A program made the position numbers and the translations under genes. This document shows, piece by piece, positions 29,773 to 38,083 of a stretch of 64,000 nucleotides of DNA. The notes beneath the pieces are model-generated. The model did not search any database. It was not told where the DNA came from and worked only from the letters and a program-made list of their open reading frames with translations. The DNA is from a virus. The DNA lies in IMG/VR virus record IMGVR_UViG_3300020733_000013, positions 11,891 through 75,890 of that record. One strand, 5' to 3'. Positions within the stretch are counted from its first letter, which is position 1. Each line of letters opens with the position of its first letter.

Positions 29773-30603
29773 ATGAGTAATATTAACACAAACGCAATCA
29801 ACACCGCTTACCCTGTAGCCGGAGCTAACAATAGCAGCCAAGGTTTCAGAGACAACTTTACCAGCATTAAAAACAATTTGGATACTGCTGGTACTGAAAT
29901 ATCAGACTTACAATCAAAAGTTGTTGTTAAAGCAGCACTAAACGGTACTTCATTGAACAATGATATGGGTAATACTCTTATCAGTAATGCAGCAGTTCAA
30001 GGTTTTCGCTCACCTACATTCCCATTAGGTACTAGCATTCCTAGCACAATCATTATTGATGTAACAAAGGGTGATGTGCAATATGGTACAATCGTTCAAA
30101 ACACAACGATTCAGTTTGCAGGATGGGCACCAACTGGTACACAAAGTAATGTCCAAGTTAAGTTTACCATTGCAAACAGTCAAGCAGTTATCACTTTCCC
30201 AAATACAACGTTTGACAGTAGTGCCAATATTTCAAGTGGCATGACGACAACTGCAAGATTGTTAGAAAACTACGGTAGTAATGGTGCACCCGGAACTAAT
30301 GCAGTTTACACAAATTATGTTTCTGTACCTTACGGTGCAACTGAATTGTCTTATAATTTCAGTACAGTCAATTGCGGTAATACAGTAGATGTTGCCCCCA
30401 TTAGCAGAAGTAGAGCAGCGTCATATATTGATACCATCAATAACACACAAGCATCTGCTAGATTTGGTACAGGTGGTTACGGTCAACCCGGAGATGGTCC
30501 TGGTAAAATTTATGTTGACAATACGGGCATTCTTTATGTTTGTGTTGGCGCATATACAGGTAGCTCTGAAATCTGGGGTAAAGTAACACTAAGCGGATTC
30601 TAA
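29773..30603 (+). CDS. Virion structural protein
   Basis: YPVAGANNSSQGFRDNF N-terminus with coiled coil; C-terminal YVCVG..W..V.L; late box 29750-29755. Confidence 0.65.
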   Translation: MSNINTNAINTAYPVAGANNSSQGFRDNFTSIKNNLDTAGTEISDLQSKVVVKAALNGTSLNNDMGNTLISNAAVQGFRSPTFPLGTSIPSTIIIDVTKGDVQYGTIVQNTTIQFAGWAPTGTQSNVQVKFTIANSQAVITFPNTTFDSSANISSGMTTTARLLENYGSNGAPGTNAVYTNYVSVPYGATELSYNFSTVNCGNTVDVAPISRSRAASYIDTINNTQASARFGTGGYGQPGDGPGKIYVDNTGILYVCVGAYTGSSEIWGKVTLSGF

Positions 30604-30640
30604 AATAAATCTGTAGCCAGTCTACGATATAAATATTTTC

Positions 30641-30877
30641 ATGCAACATCCATTCATTAGTGACCTGTCCGACAAAAGTTTAGAAGATTTAGAAAAAACT
30701 ATTTCTGACCTTACTAAAAAATTAACCTTTGTATACCGTATGCAGAATCAACCCATGATTCAACAGATGCATATGGTACTTGAAAGCTACAAGACAGAGT
30801 ATGCTAAAAGAATGGATGATATGTACAAGAAACAAAATCTTGGCAGCAAAATTCAAGTATCAAAAGACAACGAATGA
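30641..30877 (+). CDS. Hypothetical coiled-coil protein
   Basis: TATAAATA at 30628-30635 upstream; ATGA coupling downstream. Confidence 0.65.
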   Translation: MQHPFISDLSDKSLEDLEKTISDLTKKLTFVYRMQNQPMIQQMHMVLESYKTEYAKRMDDMYKKQNLGSKIQVSKDNE

Positions 30878-31482
30878 CAGCACGAATCCAAACTGGCTTC
30901 ACATTTACAACTGGCGTACATTTCAATAATAAGTTCTACATGAACAACTATGATTTGGATGTTACCTTCATGGTTGAAAGTGAAATCATCCACGAACAAA
31001 ACATAGCATTAGAACGTATCAGATACTTTTTGGAGTATGTAATCTCTAACGCAATATTCATTAACCAAGTTGAAGAAGTTGCAATTAACAAATACATTGA
31101 CGCTGGTATTCGTTTATGTACATTGCCCGAAGAACCCTATGACCAAATCATTGGTATCATGTTGTTAACCAAAATGAATGCGTTGACTGAGGGTAGATTG
31201 GTTGTTTCCGACATTGCAATTAGTTCAACTATGAGCGAAGGTGTAAGTTGCTTGTACAGCATGGAAGAAAACTTAGGACCATTTGCCGATAAGGGCTGGT
31301 GGAACAGTAGCCAGATAGATATCAATGATATCAAACCAAAAAACAAGAAAATTGTCAAACTCAATACTACCAAAAACGTTTGGGAAGAACTTAGTTTGGG
31401 TTATCTAAAACTAGACGAAGATATCCCATCTGATGTTCAAAACATTGTGTTTGCCACTTTTGATACTAAAACGGACAAATAA
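30874..31482 (+). CDS. Hypothetical protein
   Basis: 202-aa ORF coupled to the upstream gene. Confidence 0.7.
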   Translation: MTARIQTGFTFTTGVHFNNKFYMNNYDLDVTFMVESEIIHEQNIALERIRYFLEYVISNAIFINQVEEVAINKYIDAGIRLCTLPEEPYDQIIGIMLLTKMNALTEGRLVVSDIAISSTMSEGVSCLYSMEENLGPFADKGWWNSSQIDINDIKPKNKKIVKLNTTKNVWEELSLGYLKLDEDIPSDVQNIVFATFDTKTDK

Positions 31483-31485
31483 CTA

Positions 31486-31514
31486 TTGCTTTCTGTCAAT
31501 ACATAAGTTATAAT
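31486..31514 (+). promoter_or_regulatory. Sigma70-type promoter
   Basis: TTGCTT-N17-TATAAT, 5 nt before ATG 31520 (possibly leaderless mRNA). Confidence 0.7.
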
Positions 31515-31519
31515 AGTTT

Positions 31520-32026
31520 ATGCATTCTGACAAATATGGCTTACAAGTTTTAAACGAATCTGATCTATGTGATTACTACTTACGTAATCCAGATCAGGTA
31601 TTGAAACATGCCATTGTTGAAAAACAAATCACATTCCCTAGCGATTTAGATTTAGAAAATATCCCAGAATTATTAGAGTACGCACCACTTGATATTACTA
31701 TTGACGAGTTTGACAGTATCTATCAAAACACATGGTACATGCCAGATGAATACAAGAATTTTGATATTGTCAAATATGTACTAGACTTGTGCAAAACAGA
31801 CCAAGAACTGCAAAGAGTGGGTGACGAGTTATTGAAGTTTCAGGAACGAGACTTGTTTGTATTACTGTGCTACTGTAAATATTTGGTAGACACAATGCGT
31901 AAACATAATATCGTTTGGGGAGTGGGTAGAGGATCAAGCGTGTCTAGTTATGTATTGTACCTGATAGGGGTACACCGCATAAATAGCATATTCTATGATT
32001 TAGACATAGATGAATTTTTAAAATAG
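31520..32026 (+). CDS. dnaE: DNA polymerase III alpha subunit fragment (split DnaE)
   Basis: RV..EL..F...YLVD.MR...IVWGVGRGSSVSSYVLYLIGVHRIN...L...EFL matches the DnaE GRGS region; it stops before the PDxDxD catalytic motif. Confidence 0.8.
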   Translation: MHSDKYGLQVLNESDLCDYYLRNPDQVLKHAIVEKQITFPSDLDLENIPELLEYAPLDITIDEFDSIYQNTWYMPDEYKNFDIVKYVLDLCKTDQELQRVGDELLKFQERDLFVLLCYCKYLVDTMRKHNIVWGVGRGSSVSSYVLYLIGVHRINSIFYDLDIDEFLK

Positions 32027-32036
32027 GAGTAAGTAT

Positions 32037-32369
32037 ATGCCAGCATATCGTTCAGCGATGGGTAAAATGATTGACATGAATTCAATGGTCACACAAAATG
32101 AAAAAACACGTGCAGTTGGAAACATGAATGTAAACGCACGTGGTGATGTTTTGGATAGTAACAATAATGTTACCCAAGATAACAACAAGCGTATCAGAGC
32201 AGGTTATCAACGTACAGTTAACCCACAAGCAAAAGCAGCAGCACAATATCACAGCGATAACCAATCTTCTTCATTAGTACCAGACGAAGTTGAAGAATTA
32301 TCACCCGAAGAACAGCAATTTGAGCAAGAAGATGCCCAAGAAGTTATCGTAAAGAAATCAAAAAAGTAA
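32037..32369 (+). CDS. Hypothetical protein
   Basis: SD AGGAG; AVGNMNVNARGD motif. Confidence 0.7.
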   Translation: MPAYRSAMGKMIDMNSMVTQNEKTRAVGNMNVNARGDVLDSNNNVTQDNNKRIRAGYQRTVNPQAKAAAQYHSDNQSSSLVPDEVEELSPEEQQFEQEDAQEVIVKKSKK

Positions 32370-32370
32370 C

Positions 32371-32745
32371 ATGACAAAACTAGCATTTGAACCACATAAG
32401 ATTGAAAAAGACAAGTTCCATCCTGTTAAAGATTGGATCGTTGTTACTGATATGAAGTTTGAAGAACGCAGGACTCGTGGTGGGATTATCTTACCCGGTG
32501 ATGATGCTAAGAGTTCTGGAATCAGACCACGTTGGTGTAAAATTTACAAATTTGGCTCTGATTATAATGGTGATTTACAAGAAGGTGACTGGATTTTGGT
32601 AAGTCATGGTCGTTGGACTCGTGGTATCGACATTGAAGACGAAGAGGGTAAAAAGACATTGCGTAGAGTGGATCCTAATGATATACTACTTGCATCGGAT
32701 GAGCCGATGGATGACGAAACAATATCAGATAAGGTATCAGGATGA
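32371..32745 (+). CDS. groES: GroES-like co-chaperonin
   Basis: PVKDWIVV...ERRTRGGIILP...GDWILV...DIL. Confidence 0.8.
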   Translation: MTKLAFEPHKIEKDKFHPVKDWIVVTDMKFEERRTRGGIILPGDDAKSSGIRPRWCKIYKFGSDYNGDLQEGDWILVSHGRWTRGIDIEDEEGKKTLRRVDPNDILLASDEPMDDETISDKVSG

Positions 32746-33116
32746 AATGGTTTTTTAATTGGATGTTTAATGGCTTACACCAAGCTCAACAACAAAAACG
32801 GGAAGAAGAAGATTCGGTTGATAGAGAACAACGCAAAGCAGCAAGCGGTATAAGTATTGGTCTAGTAAGTCCAAAACCCTCAAGACGTTTTACTACTGCA
32901 GGTCAAAAGGTTAACCCCGATGACACTAGTGTAAATTTAAATGCAAACCCAATGCATTTTAAAATCTACCCAGCAACAGGTGGACACATTGTGGAATACA
33001 TGTACTACAATGAAAAGAAAGATACACACGATCAGGCACTACATCTTATCCCGAGTGATCTTGACTTAGGTACAGAACTTGCTAAAATTATGACTTTGGA
33101 AGCATTGAAACGATGA
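32742..33116 (+). CDS. Hypothetical protein
   Basis: ATGA-coupled on both sides. Confidence 0.65.
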   Translation: MKWFFNWMFNGLHQAQQQKREEEDSVDREQRKAASGISIGLVSPKPSRRFTTAGQKVNPDDTSVNLNANPMHFKIYPATGGHIVEYMYYNEKKDTHDQALHLIPSDLDLGTELAKIMTLEALKR

Positions 33117-34039
33117 AAAACGAATTATGGGTCGAGAAGTATCGTCCTAAAACAGTAGAAGACTATGTGTTTGTGGATCAACGTCAAAAAGATCAGGTAC
33201 AAGGTTGGATCAATGATGGAATGATTCCGCACTTGTTAATGAGCGGTGACCCCGGTACTGGTAAAACAACACTAGCCAAAGTTCTAATCAACGAACTTAA
33301 AATTGAACAATGGGATATACTAGAGATTAACGCAAGTCGTGATAACAGTGTTAACATGGTTCGCAATAAGATTCTAGGATTCGCACAAACAATGCCCTTT
33401 GGCAAGTTTAAGATTGTGTTACTAGACGAAGCAGACTATTTGACAGCAGAAGGTCAAGCAGCATTGCGTAGTGATATGGAAGCGTATGCACAAACTGTAC
33501 GTTTCATTCTAACTTGTAACTACCCATATAAAATCATTCCAGCATTGAAAAGTCGATGCCATGAGTTTCACATTACTAAAACAGACCGTGACGAGTTTAC
33601 AGCACGTGCAGCAACTGTATTGGTTACTGAAAATATTGAACTTGATTTAGATGTGTTAGACAGCTATGTTGCAGCAACATATCCTGACTTACGTAAATGT
33701 TTGAATCAATTACAAGTCAATAGCAGTAGCGGTAAACTATTGCCACCATCAACACAAGGTGGTGACGAAGATGGGTTATTGGTTGAGATTACTGGATTGT
33801 TTAAGAGTGGTAAAACACTTGAAGGCAGACAACAACTAATGCAATATCTAAGTTTGTATCCTACCCGATTGGAAGATATCTATCGTTGGATGTATAACAA
33901 TTTAGAATTGTGGGGAACTACGCAAGACACACGTGATGCGAGTATTTTGATTATTCGTAACGGTCTTGCAAACTTAAGTCTAGTGGGAATCCCAGAGATT
34001 AACCTAGCAGCAACATTAATTGAATTGACAAATATATGA
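33113..34039 (+). CDS. Sliding-clamp loader AAA+ subunit (gp44/RFC-like)
   Basis: WVEKYRP, GDPGTGKTT, EINAS, LLDEADYL, FILTCNY, ALKSRC. Confidence 0.92.
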   Translation: MKNELWVEKYRPKTVEDYVFVDQRQKDQVQGWINDGMIPHLLMSGDPGTGKTTLAKVLINELKIEQWDILEINASRDNSVNMVRNKILGFAQTMPFGKFKIVLLDEADYLTAEGQAALRSDMEAYAQTVRFILTCNYPYKIIPALKSRCHEFHITKTDRDEFTARAATVLVTENIELDLDVLDSYVAATYPDLRKCLNQLQVNSSSGKLLPPSTQGGDEDGLLVEITGLFKSGKTLEGRQQLMQYLSLYPTRLEDIYRWMYNNLELWGTTQDTRDASILIIRNGLANLSLVGIPEINLAATLIELTNI

Positions 34040-34296
34040 TGAGATATCTTTTAATCACTTACGTCAGAAAAGCAAATGGTCAGATTGACGAACAAGTAGG
34101 TGTATCACGTAACTTAAAAACAAGAGACATTCAAACTTGCAATGTCATTTTGGATTATGCAAACAGGAAAGTTGATAAGTGTTTTATTGAGGGTAAGGTA
34201 TTAGACCGTGACTGGGAAAAACTTCACGGATACTATCAACAAATTTATCCTGCTATTATTGAACGATTAGAGCACGAAGCTAGTCAACAAAAGTAA
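34036..34296 (+). CDS. Hypothetical protein
   Basis: 86-aa ORF coupled to the clamp loader gene. Confidence 0.65.
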   Translation: MMRYLLITYVRKANGQIDEQVGVSRNLKTRDIQTCNVILDYANRKVDKCFIEGKVLDRDWEKLHGYYQQIYPAIIERLEHEASQQK

Positions 34297-34319
34297 AAAG
34301 GGGCTGAAAAGCCCCTTTT
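34296..34319. terminator. Bidirectional terminator
   Basis: AAAAGGGGC-TGAAAA-GCCCCTTTT between convergent genes. Confidence 0.85.
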
Positions 34320-34321
34320 GT

Positions 34322-35104
34322 TTAACTGTACAATTTAAGTACGTGTTCGATGATCCTGTGTCTCTGTACATCTTTGATATCAAAGTGGCACATTTGTAGA
34401 CCAGGAATCACCCCCTTTCCCAACCTATTTTGTAAGTCTAGTAGCCCGTTGTCGGCTGATTTTCTATCGGCTTGTTCAATGTCGCCAGTAATTACAATCT
34501 TACTGCCAACGCCAATTCTAGTCATAATCATTTTCAGTTGACTAGGAGTTGCATTTTGTGCTTCATCAAGTACAATGTAGCTGTGCTTAAAGTTTCGACC
34601 TCGACAGAATGCTAGGGGTGCGATTTCCACTATCTGTTCTTCTAGCATGTGGGCGATTTCACTTGCCGCATAATACTCTCTTAAAACATCTAATAATGGT
34701 CTAGTCCAAGGTTCCATCTTTTGATTTAAGTCGCCCGGTAAGAAACCATGTTTCTCATCATCAACTCCCACTGCTGGACGTGTCAAAATAATACGGTCAA
34801 CTTCACCTGCTTTCAATGCTTTGATAGCGGCTTGCATAGCTAAGTAAGTTTTACCTGTTCCTGCTGGTCCACCTACAACGACAATATCTACGTTTTCGTT
34901 AAGTAGTGCGAGGATGTATTTTTCTTGATTGACGGACTTGGGCACTAACGTGATAGGCTTTCTATCTAGTTTGATTCGTGCTTGGTCGAAATTGATTGTT
35001 TTAGATTCCTTTGTATAATATGTCTGTGTGTCATGCTTTTTGCTATGTGAATAGCGTGTGTCTTGCTCTTGTTGACGCAATGCGCCAGTTTTTCTCTTGC
35101 TCAA
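34322..35104 (-). CDS. phoH: PhoH-like ATPase
   Basis: GPAGTGKT, LTRPAV, GFLPGDL, RGRNF, LDEAQN, TRIG, ITGD..Q.D, DVQRH; TTG start with SD AGGAG. Confidence 0.93.
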   Translation of the reverse strand: MSKRKTGALRQQEQDTRYSHSKKHDTQTYYTKESKTINFDQARIKLDRKPITLVPKSVNQEKYILALLNENVDIVVVGGPAGTGKTYLAMQAAIKALKAGEVDRIILTRPAVGVDDEKHGFLPGDLNQKMEPWTRPLLDVLREYYAASEIAHMLEEQIVEIAPLAFCRGRNFKHSYIVLDEAQNATPSQLKMIMTRIGVGSKIVITGDIEQADRKSADNGLLDLQNRLGKGVIPGLQMCHFDIKDVQRHRIIEHVLKLYS

Positions 35105-35272
35105 ATTGCATTCTCCTGTTGAGGTTGAGTTCTCATAAAACTCAAAGATATTTAAAGGTATAATGCTGCGTGATAGTAGTGTACTTTAAAAAGAGATTTT
35201 TTTGATAAATATTAGGCTAACCCCTAAATTTCTTTTAGGCTCATTATCATTGCAACGATGATAAATAATACT

Positions 35273-35914
35273 ATGAGCAATCCAACAGACGAATTTTTTG
35301 ATAGCGTAGACTATCCTAGTATCATTGATAACATCAAGGGAATTTACACCAGTGATGGTATGATGAGCACCCTAATGGACTTTGAACGTGTATTAGATGA
35401 AGCAGATTTGTATGCTTTCCGTAACTGGGACTTAGGTGAATTAGTATCCGGTCCTAGAGTACGTAGATATGACGTTGCATGTATGTTTATGTATCCATTA
35501 AAACGTATGCCAGACCCAACTGGGGCTAAACGTCTATTAAAATTGGGTTGTGACGTTAAGTTTAAAAAGACAAAAATCAAAGTACCTATCAAAATTGAAG
35601 GTCCGGGCGACTATAAACCAGGAACTCACTATCCAAAAATGACTGAACGTGATATTTGGTTAGTGTTAATTGAAATGCCAAAAGAACTAATGAACGATAT
35701 TCGTGAAGGTTCTATCGACTTGGCTGAACAAACAATTGATTTAGAGGACTTGGATAAAGCCTACGAACAAGACCTAGATAAAGAAAGTACTGAGGATCAA
35801 GATGATAATGCATCATCGGGTCAAATGCCAGGAATGGATCAAGGTCTAGGTGGTGGTATGAGTCCAGGTGGTTTAGGTGGTCCTGCTCCAATGCAAGGTC
35901 CAGGGGGCATGTAA
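35273..35914 (+). CDS. Hypothetical late protein (acidic, G/M/P-rich tail)
   Basis: Start placed at ATG 35273, downstream of late box 35262-35267. Confidence 0.65.
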   Translation: MSNPTDEFFDSVDYPSIIDNIKGIYTSDGMMSTLMDFERVLDEADLYAFRNWDLGELVSGPRVRRYDVACMFMYPLKRMPDPTGAKRLLKLGCDVKFKKTKIKVPIKIEGPGDYKPGTHYPKMTERDIWLVLIEMPKELMNDIREGSIDLAEQTIDLEDLDKAYEQDLDKESTEDQDDNASSGQMPGMDQGLGGGMSPGGLGGPAPMQGPGGM

Positions 35915-36453
35915 TGAATAAAGTTCTTAATGAAGGTTTTGACTATCACGACTTAGTGGATCAAGTTATCCCAGAAATCTCAATTGACGAGTACGCAGCT
36001 AAAATGGGTACCAACGATGAGATTGTTACACTTACATTTACAACAAAAGGCAAGCAACAAGCTAGTGATTTGGTTGACTGGCTAGAACGCGGATACGACT
36101 TTGTATTAGATGCTGAAGTCAGTGAAGGTGAAGTTTCACCAGGTAAGTATTTAGTATTTGTAGAAATGAATCGTAGAACAAGTGTGCCAGAACGTATTTG
36201 TGAAATGGTTGAAGACATGAAAACATTAACAGATTTAGACAGTGACAAATGGTCTGTTAAGATTGAAGATAAAGAATACAAAGCTGACAAAGAAATTCTA
36301 AAGCAACATATTATTTTAAGCCCGCAAAAATATCGTGAACTCAAAGAAACAGACTTAAATGAAATGCGTCAACGTGCTGGATTAGAAACACATAAGATAT
36401 ACTCTAACCCAGACAAAATTTTAAAAGATTACTTAGCAAAGGCAGGATTATAA
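35914..36453 (+). CDS. Hypothetical protein, possibly head-associated
   Basis: Begins MNKVLNEG and contains LNE-MRQRAGL near the C-terminus. Confidence 0.6.
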   Translation: MNKVLNEGFDYHDLVDQVIPEISIDEYAAKMGTNDEIVTLTFTTKGKQQASDLVDWLERGYDFVLDAEVSEGEVSPGKYLVFVEMNRRTSVPERICEMVEDMKTLTDLDSDKWSVKIEDKEYKADKEILKQHIILSPQKYRELKETDLNEMRQRAGLETHKIYSNPDKILKDYLAKAGL

Positions 36454-36454
36454 A

Positions 36455-37192
36455 ATGGCAACATTACTAGCACAGAAGTCAGGTACAACTGACAATGCGA
36501 TAGCAAAGAGTGACGACCACCATGATGCATTAGCAAGTGATCCTACAGTTAGTGCATTCCCATCAGGAAGTGCATTCGGCTCAACAACACCAGCTGCATC
36601 TACAGCAGCAAGCACAAGTTCATTCGGAGGGTCTTCAAGTGGATTCGGATCAACAACAAGTACAAGTTCAGCAGGAGGCTTTGGCAGCTCCTCAGGTTTC
36701 GGTTCAACAACGTCCAACTCTTTCGGAGCATCAACGTCAGCAACAGCAGGCGGTTTCGGAGCTTCAACTGGATTTGGAGCAGCTTCAACTGGATCAACAG
36801 GTTTCGGCGCGTCAGGCGGGATGAGTGGTGGAATGCAACAAAGTTCTTTCCAATCAGTTCAAAATCAAGGAGAATCATTGAAGTCAGGCGGCGGCGCAAT
36901 GAGTGAAGGTGGAGAATCTACAGTCAAGCTAGACAAAGATGCCACTGACTGGATTAACAAAAAGATGCGCCCAATGATGGGTTGGATCTACATGTTGACA
37001 TGCACTTGCGACTTTGTATTGTTCCCAATCTTATGGTCAGTATTACAAGCAATGACACATGGTAATGTAACTAGTCAATGGCAACCATTGACACTACAAG
37101 GTGCTGGATTGTATCACATCGCAATGGGTGCAGTTCTAGGTATCGCAGCTTACGGTCGTACAAAAGAAAAGGTAGCCGGCGTAGCTTCATAA
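36455..37192 (+). CDS. Holin-like membrane protein (3TM/GTA-holin-like C-terminus) with FG-repeat N-terminus
   Basis: W..K.MRPMMGWIY...DFVLFP...MGAVLGIAAYGRTKEK; nine FG dipeptides in an S/T/G/A tract. Confidence 0.65.
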   Translation: MATLLAQKSGTTDNAIAKSDDHHDALASDPTVSAFPSGSAFGSTTPAASTAASTSSFGGSSSGFGSTTSTSSAGGFGSSSGFGSTTSNSFGASTSATAGGFGASTGFGAASTGSTGFGASGGMSGGMQQSSFQSVQNQGESLKSGGGAMSEGGESTVKLDKDATDWINKKMRPMMGWIYMLTCTCDFVLFPILWSVLQAMTHGNVTSQWQPLTLQGAGLYHIAMGAVLGIAAYGRTKEKVAGVAS

Positions 37193-37195
37193 ATA

Positions 37196-37224
37196 TTGAC
37201 GAATAGCACCTAACGTGCTATACT
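37196..37224 (+). promoter_or_regulatory. Sigma70-type promoter abutting a late box
   Basis: TTGACG-N17-TATACT with extended TG; TAAATA at 37190-37195. Confidence 0.7.
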
Positions 37225-37233
37225 AATAATATT

Positions 37234-38061
37234 ATGAGTGACTATTATCAAACCCTCGGGGTAGCAAAAAACGCTACCCCTGAAGACATTAAAAAAGCAT
37301 ATCGCAGAATGGCTGGCATTCACCATCCAGACAAGGGTGGTGATACTGCACAGTTTCAAAAGATTCAAGAGGCATACGAAACCCTCTCTGATCCACAAAA
37401 ACGTCAACAATACGATAATCCAAATCCATTTGGTCATGGTCAAATGCCTGGTGGATTCCCCGGTGGAATGCATGGCTTTCCCGGTGGATTCAGTTTCCAA
37501 ATGGGTGGATTTGGTATGGACGACATTTTTGGACAAATGTTTGGTCATCCAGGACAACGCGGTAGACCACAACAACCTAGCTATCGTACTATAGTTTGGT
37601 TAACACTTGAACAAGCATACAATGGCGAAGAGCAAATGTTAAACTTCCAAACACCTGGATTAGGTCAACAAACGGTTAAACTGTCAGTGCCCAAAGGCAT
37701 AGATGATGGAGCAACACTGCGTTATGATAACCTAATCAAAGACAGTATCTTAATCGCTGAATTTAGAATTCAACCACATGCTAAGTTCCAACGTGATGGT
37801 ATGAATCTACATTCGGTACATGATATCAGTGTACTAGATTTGATTGTGGGTACAACCATTAAGTTTAAAACTATTTCGGGTAAAGAACTTGATGTTACAG
37901 TAAAACCAGTAACACAACCCGGTAGTTCACTACGCATTGCCGGCGAAGGTATGATAAATGACAGGGGAGCAGGTGACCAATTTATATTGTTGAAACCATT
38001 TATTCCTGATAGAATTGACTCTCGTATAACTGATAGCATTTTGCAATCAAAACAAAAGTAA
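37234..38061 (+). CDS. dnaJ: DnaJ/CbpA-type J-domain co-chaperone (no Zn finger)
   Basis: DYYQTLGV...HHPDKGGD...AYETLSDPQKRQQYD, G/F-rich linker, C-terminal domain. Confidence 0.9.
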   Translation: MSDYYQTLGVAKNATPEDIKKAYRRMAGIHHPDKGGDTAQFQKIQEAYETLSDPQKRQQYDNPNPFGHGQMPGGFPGGMHGFPGGFSFQMGGFGMDDIFGQMFGHPGQRGRPQQPSYRTIVWLTLEQAYNGEEQMLNFQTPGLGQQTVKLSVPKGIDDGATLRYDNLIKDSILIAEFRIQPHAKFQRDGMNLHSVHDISVLDLIVGTTIKFKTISGKELDVTVKPVTQPGSSLRIAGEGMINDRGAGDQFILLKPFIPDRIDSRITDSILQSKQK

Positions 38062-38083
38062 ATACCATTTTAAGGAAGCACTA

